A stretch of DNA of 20,679 bases. It comes from Roseibacillus sp. Lineage in GTDB: Bacteria > Verrucomicrobiota > Verrucomicrobiia > Verrucomicrobiales > Akkermansiaceae. The notes beneath the pieces are model-generated. The model saw nothing but the letters and a program-made list of their open reading frames with translations. It had not been told where the DNA came from and ran no database searches. The stretch lies in NCBI GenBank assembly GCA_965242925.1, contig CBDEUM010000016.1, positions 1-20,679 on the forward strand, read 5' to 3'. Position 1 is the stretch's first letter. Each line of letters opens with the position of its first letter. Below, one piece after another: positions 19,718 to 20,679 of the stretch. The translations under genes and the position numbers were made by a program.

Positions 19718-20679
19718 GTGCAAAACCCTTCCCCTGCCATCCTCACCCGGCGTTTTCTCCCCGGACTCTGCGCACTGTTAGTCGCCGTCATCTACACGAC
19801 AGGCGCCCACGCAGACACTCCCGACTGCGTGGTGGTCTTCAATGAGGTGCACTACAACCCGGCCGGCCCCGCCGAGGATGGCGAGTGGATCGAGTTCTTC
19901 AACCAGATGGGAATCCGGGTTGATCTCTCGGGCTGGCAACTTGCCGGAGGCCTCGACTACACCTTCCCACCCGGAACTACAATCAATCCGGGGACCTACC
20001 TCGTGGTGGCGAAGAGTCCCGCTGCCGGACAGCTTGGTCCTTTCACGGGATCGCTCGACAACGGCGGCGAGCAACTCCGGTTGCTCAATCACTCCGGTCG
20101 GCTCATGGATTCCCTCGACTACGAGGACAGCGGCCGCTGGCCCGTGGTGGCCGATGGATCGGGGGCAACCCTGGCCAAGCGCGATCCCTACACCCCGAAC
20201 AAACCTCCCGGGCACTGGACTCGATCGGCCGAGCTGGGTGGCACCCCCGGGGCGGGGAACTTTCCCTCCCAACCGCCAACTGGTGAAACAATCGCCCCTC
20301 TCCTGGAATCCGCTGAAAACTGGCGTTTCCATCAATCCGGCTACCTGGCGCCCGCCAACTGGGCCCGGCAGGTTCATCCCGCCGGGGTGGACGGGTGGGA
20401 AGCCGGTCCCGGCCCCCTCGCCTTCGAACCCACCCTCGGGGAACCGACCGGGACCACCCTCCGGTGGCCCGGCGAAAACAACCCCTACGTGGTCACCTAT
20501 TATTTCGAGACGGAGTTCAATCTCAGCGCTGCCCAGCTGGCCGGGACGCAGTCCCTCAAGCTCCGCTACCTCCTCGATGACGGGGCAATCTTCTACCTGA
20601 ACGGGGAGGAACTTCACCGTGCCAACATGCCGGAGGGACCAGTCCAACCCGATACCCCCGCCAGTTCGGGTGTGGAGGC
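19718..20679 (+). CDS. Lamin tail domain (LTD) containing secreted protein, partial (continues beyond the window)
   Basis: Absent from the ORF track because it has no stop. From GTG 19718 (in-frame ATG also at 19649): a leader ending TGAHA, then VVVFNEVHYNP..DGEWIEFFNQMGIRVDLSGWQLAGGLDYTFP, GSLDNGGEQLRL, WPVVADGSGATL and GGTPG (LTD). This is followed by TYYFETEF...LDDGAIFYLNGEE (galactose-binding-like jelly roll). Open to the end of the window. Confidence 0.88.
   Translation, partial: MQNPSPAILTRRFLPGLCALLVAVIYTTGAHADTPDCVVVFNEVHYNPAGPAEDGEWIEFFNQMGIRVDLSGWQLAGGLDYTFPPGTTINPGTYLVVAKSPAAGQLGPFTGSLDNGGEQLRLLNHSGRLMDSLDYEDSGRWPVVADGSGATLAKRDPYTPNKPPGHWTRSAELGGTPGAGNFPSQPPTGETIAPLLESAENWRFHQSGYLAPANWARQVHPAGVDGWEAGPGPLAFEPTLGEPTGTTLRWPGENNPYVVTYYFETEFNLSAAQLAGTQSLKLRYLLDDGAIFYLNGEELHRANMPEGPVQPDTPASSGVE

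Noticed and set aside
19778..20647. ORFs 19778-20647 (-) and 19842-20600 (+)
   Set aside because: Alternative frames over the lamin-tail gene, which has clear family motifs.
1..20679. CRISPR array, tRNA/rRNA, IS element, prophage or defence genes
   Set aside because: Intergenic gaps are all under ~140 bp. I saw no spaced direct repeats, and no transposase, integrase or phage motifs.

Overview
GC-rich, gene-dense bacterial DNA with the signature families of the PVC superphylum (Verrucomicrobiota or Planctomycetota; taxonomy inferred from gene content only). Bases 1-16738 are all on the minus strand. They hold three 'planctomycete cytochrome c / DUF1549 / DUF1553' (PSCyt/PSD1) diheme proteins: two are directly followed by Tat-exported DUF1501 proteins and the third runs off the left edge. 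Between them lie an RraA/HMG-aldolase-family gene, a glycoside-hydrolase-like beta-propeller with an extra N-terminal domain, and a ~1110 aa SGNH + PVC-type dehydrogenase propeller + HEAT + blue-copper protein. On the plus strand, diverging at 16739-16867, come a DxDxDG-repeat (PL11-like) propeller, an AmpG-like MFS permease and the start of a lamin-tail-domain surface protein. Between ~8.9 and ~18.9 kb there are at least 12 frameshifts, nearly all single-base insertions in short runs. These look like long-read consensus errors, so many ORFs in the supplied track are fragments or chimeras of intact genes. No rRNA, tRNA, CRISPR array or mobile element was seen. The most interesting reading, which is inference, is an extracytoplasmic carbohydrate-processing and redox locus built from tandem PSD1/DUF1501 modules and a heme-less, copper-terminated dehydrogenase.
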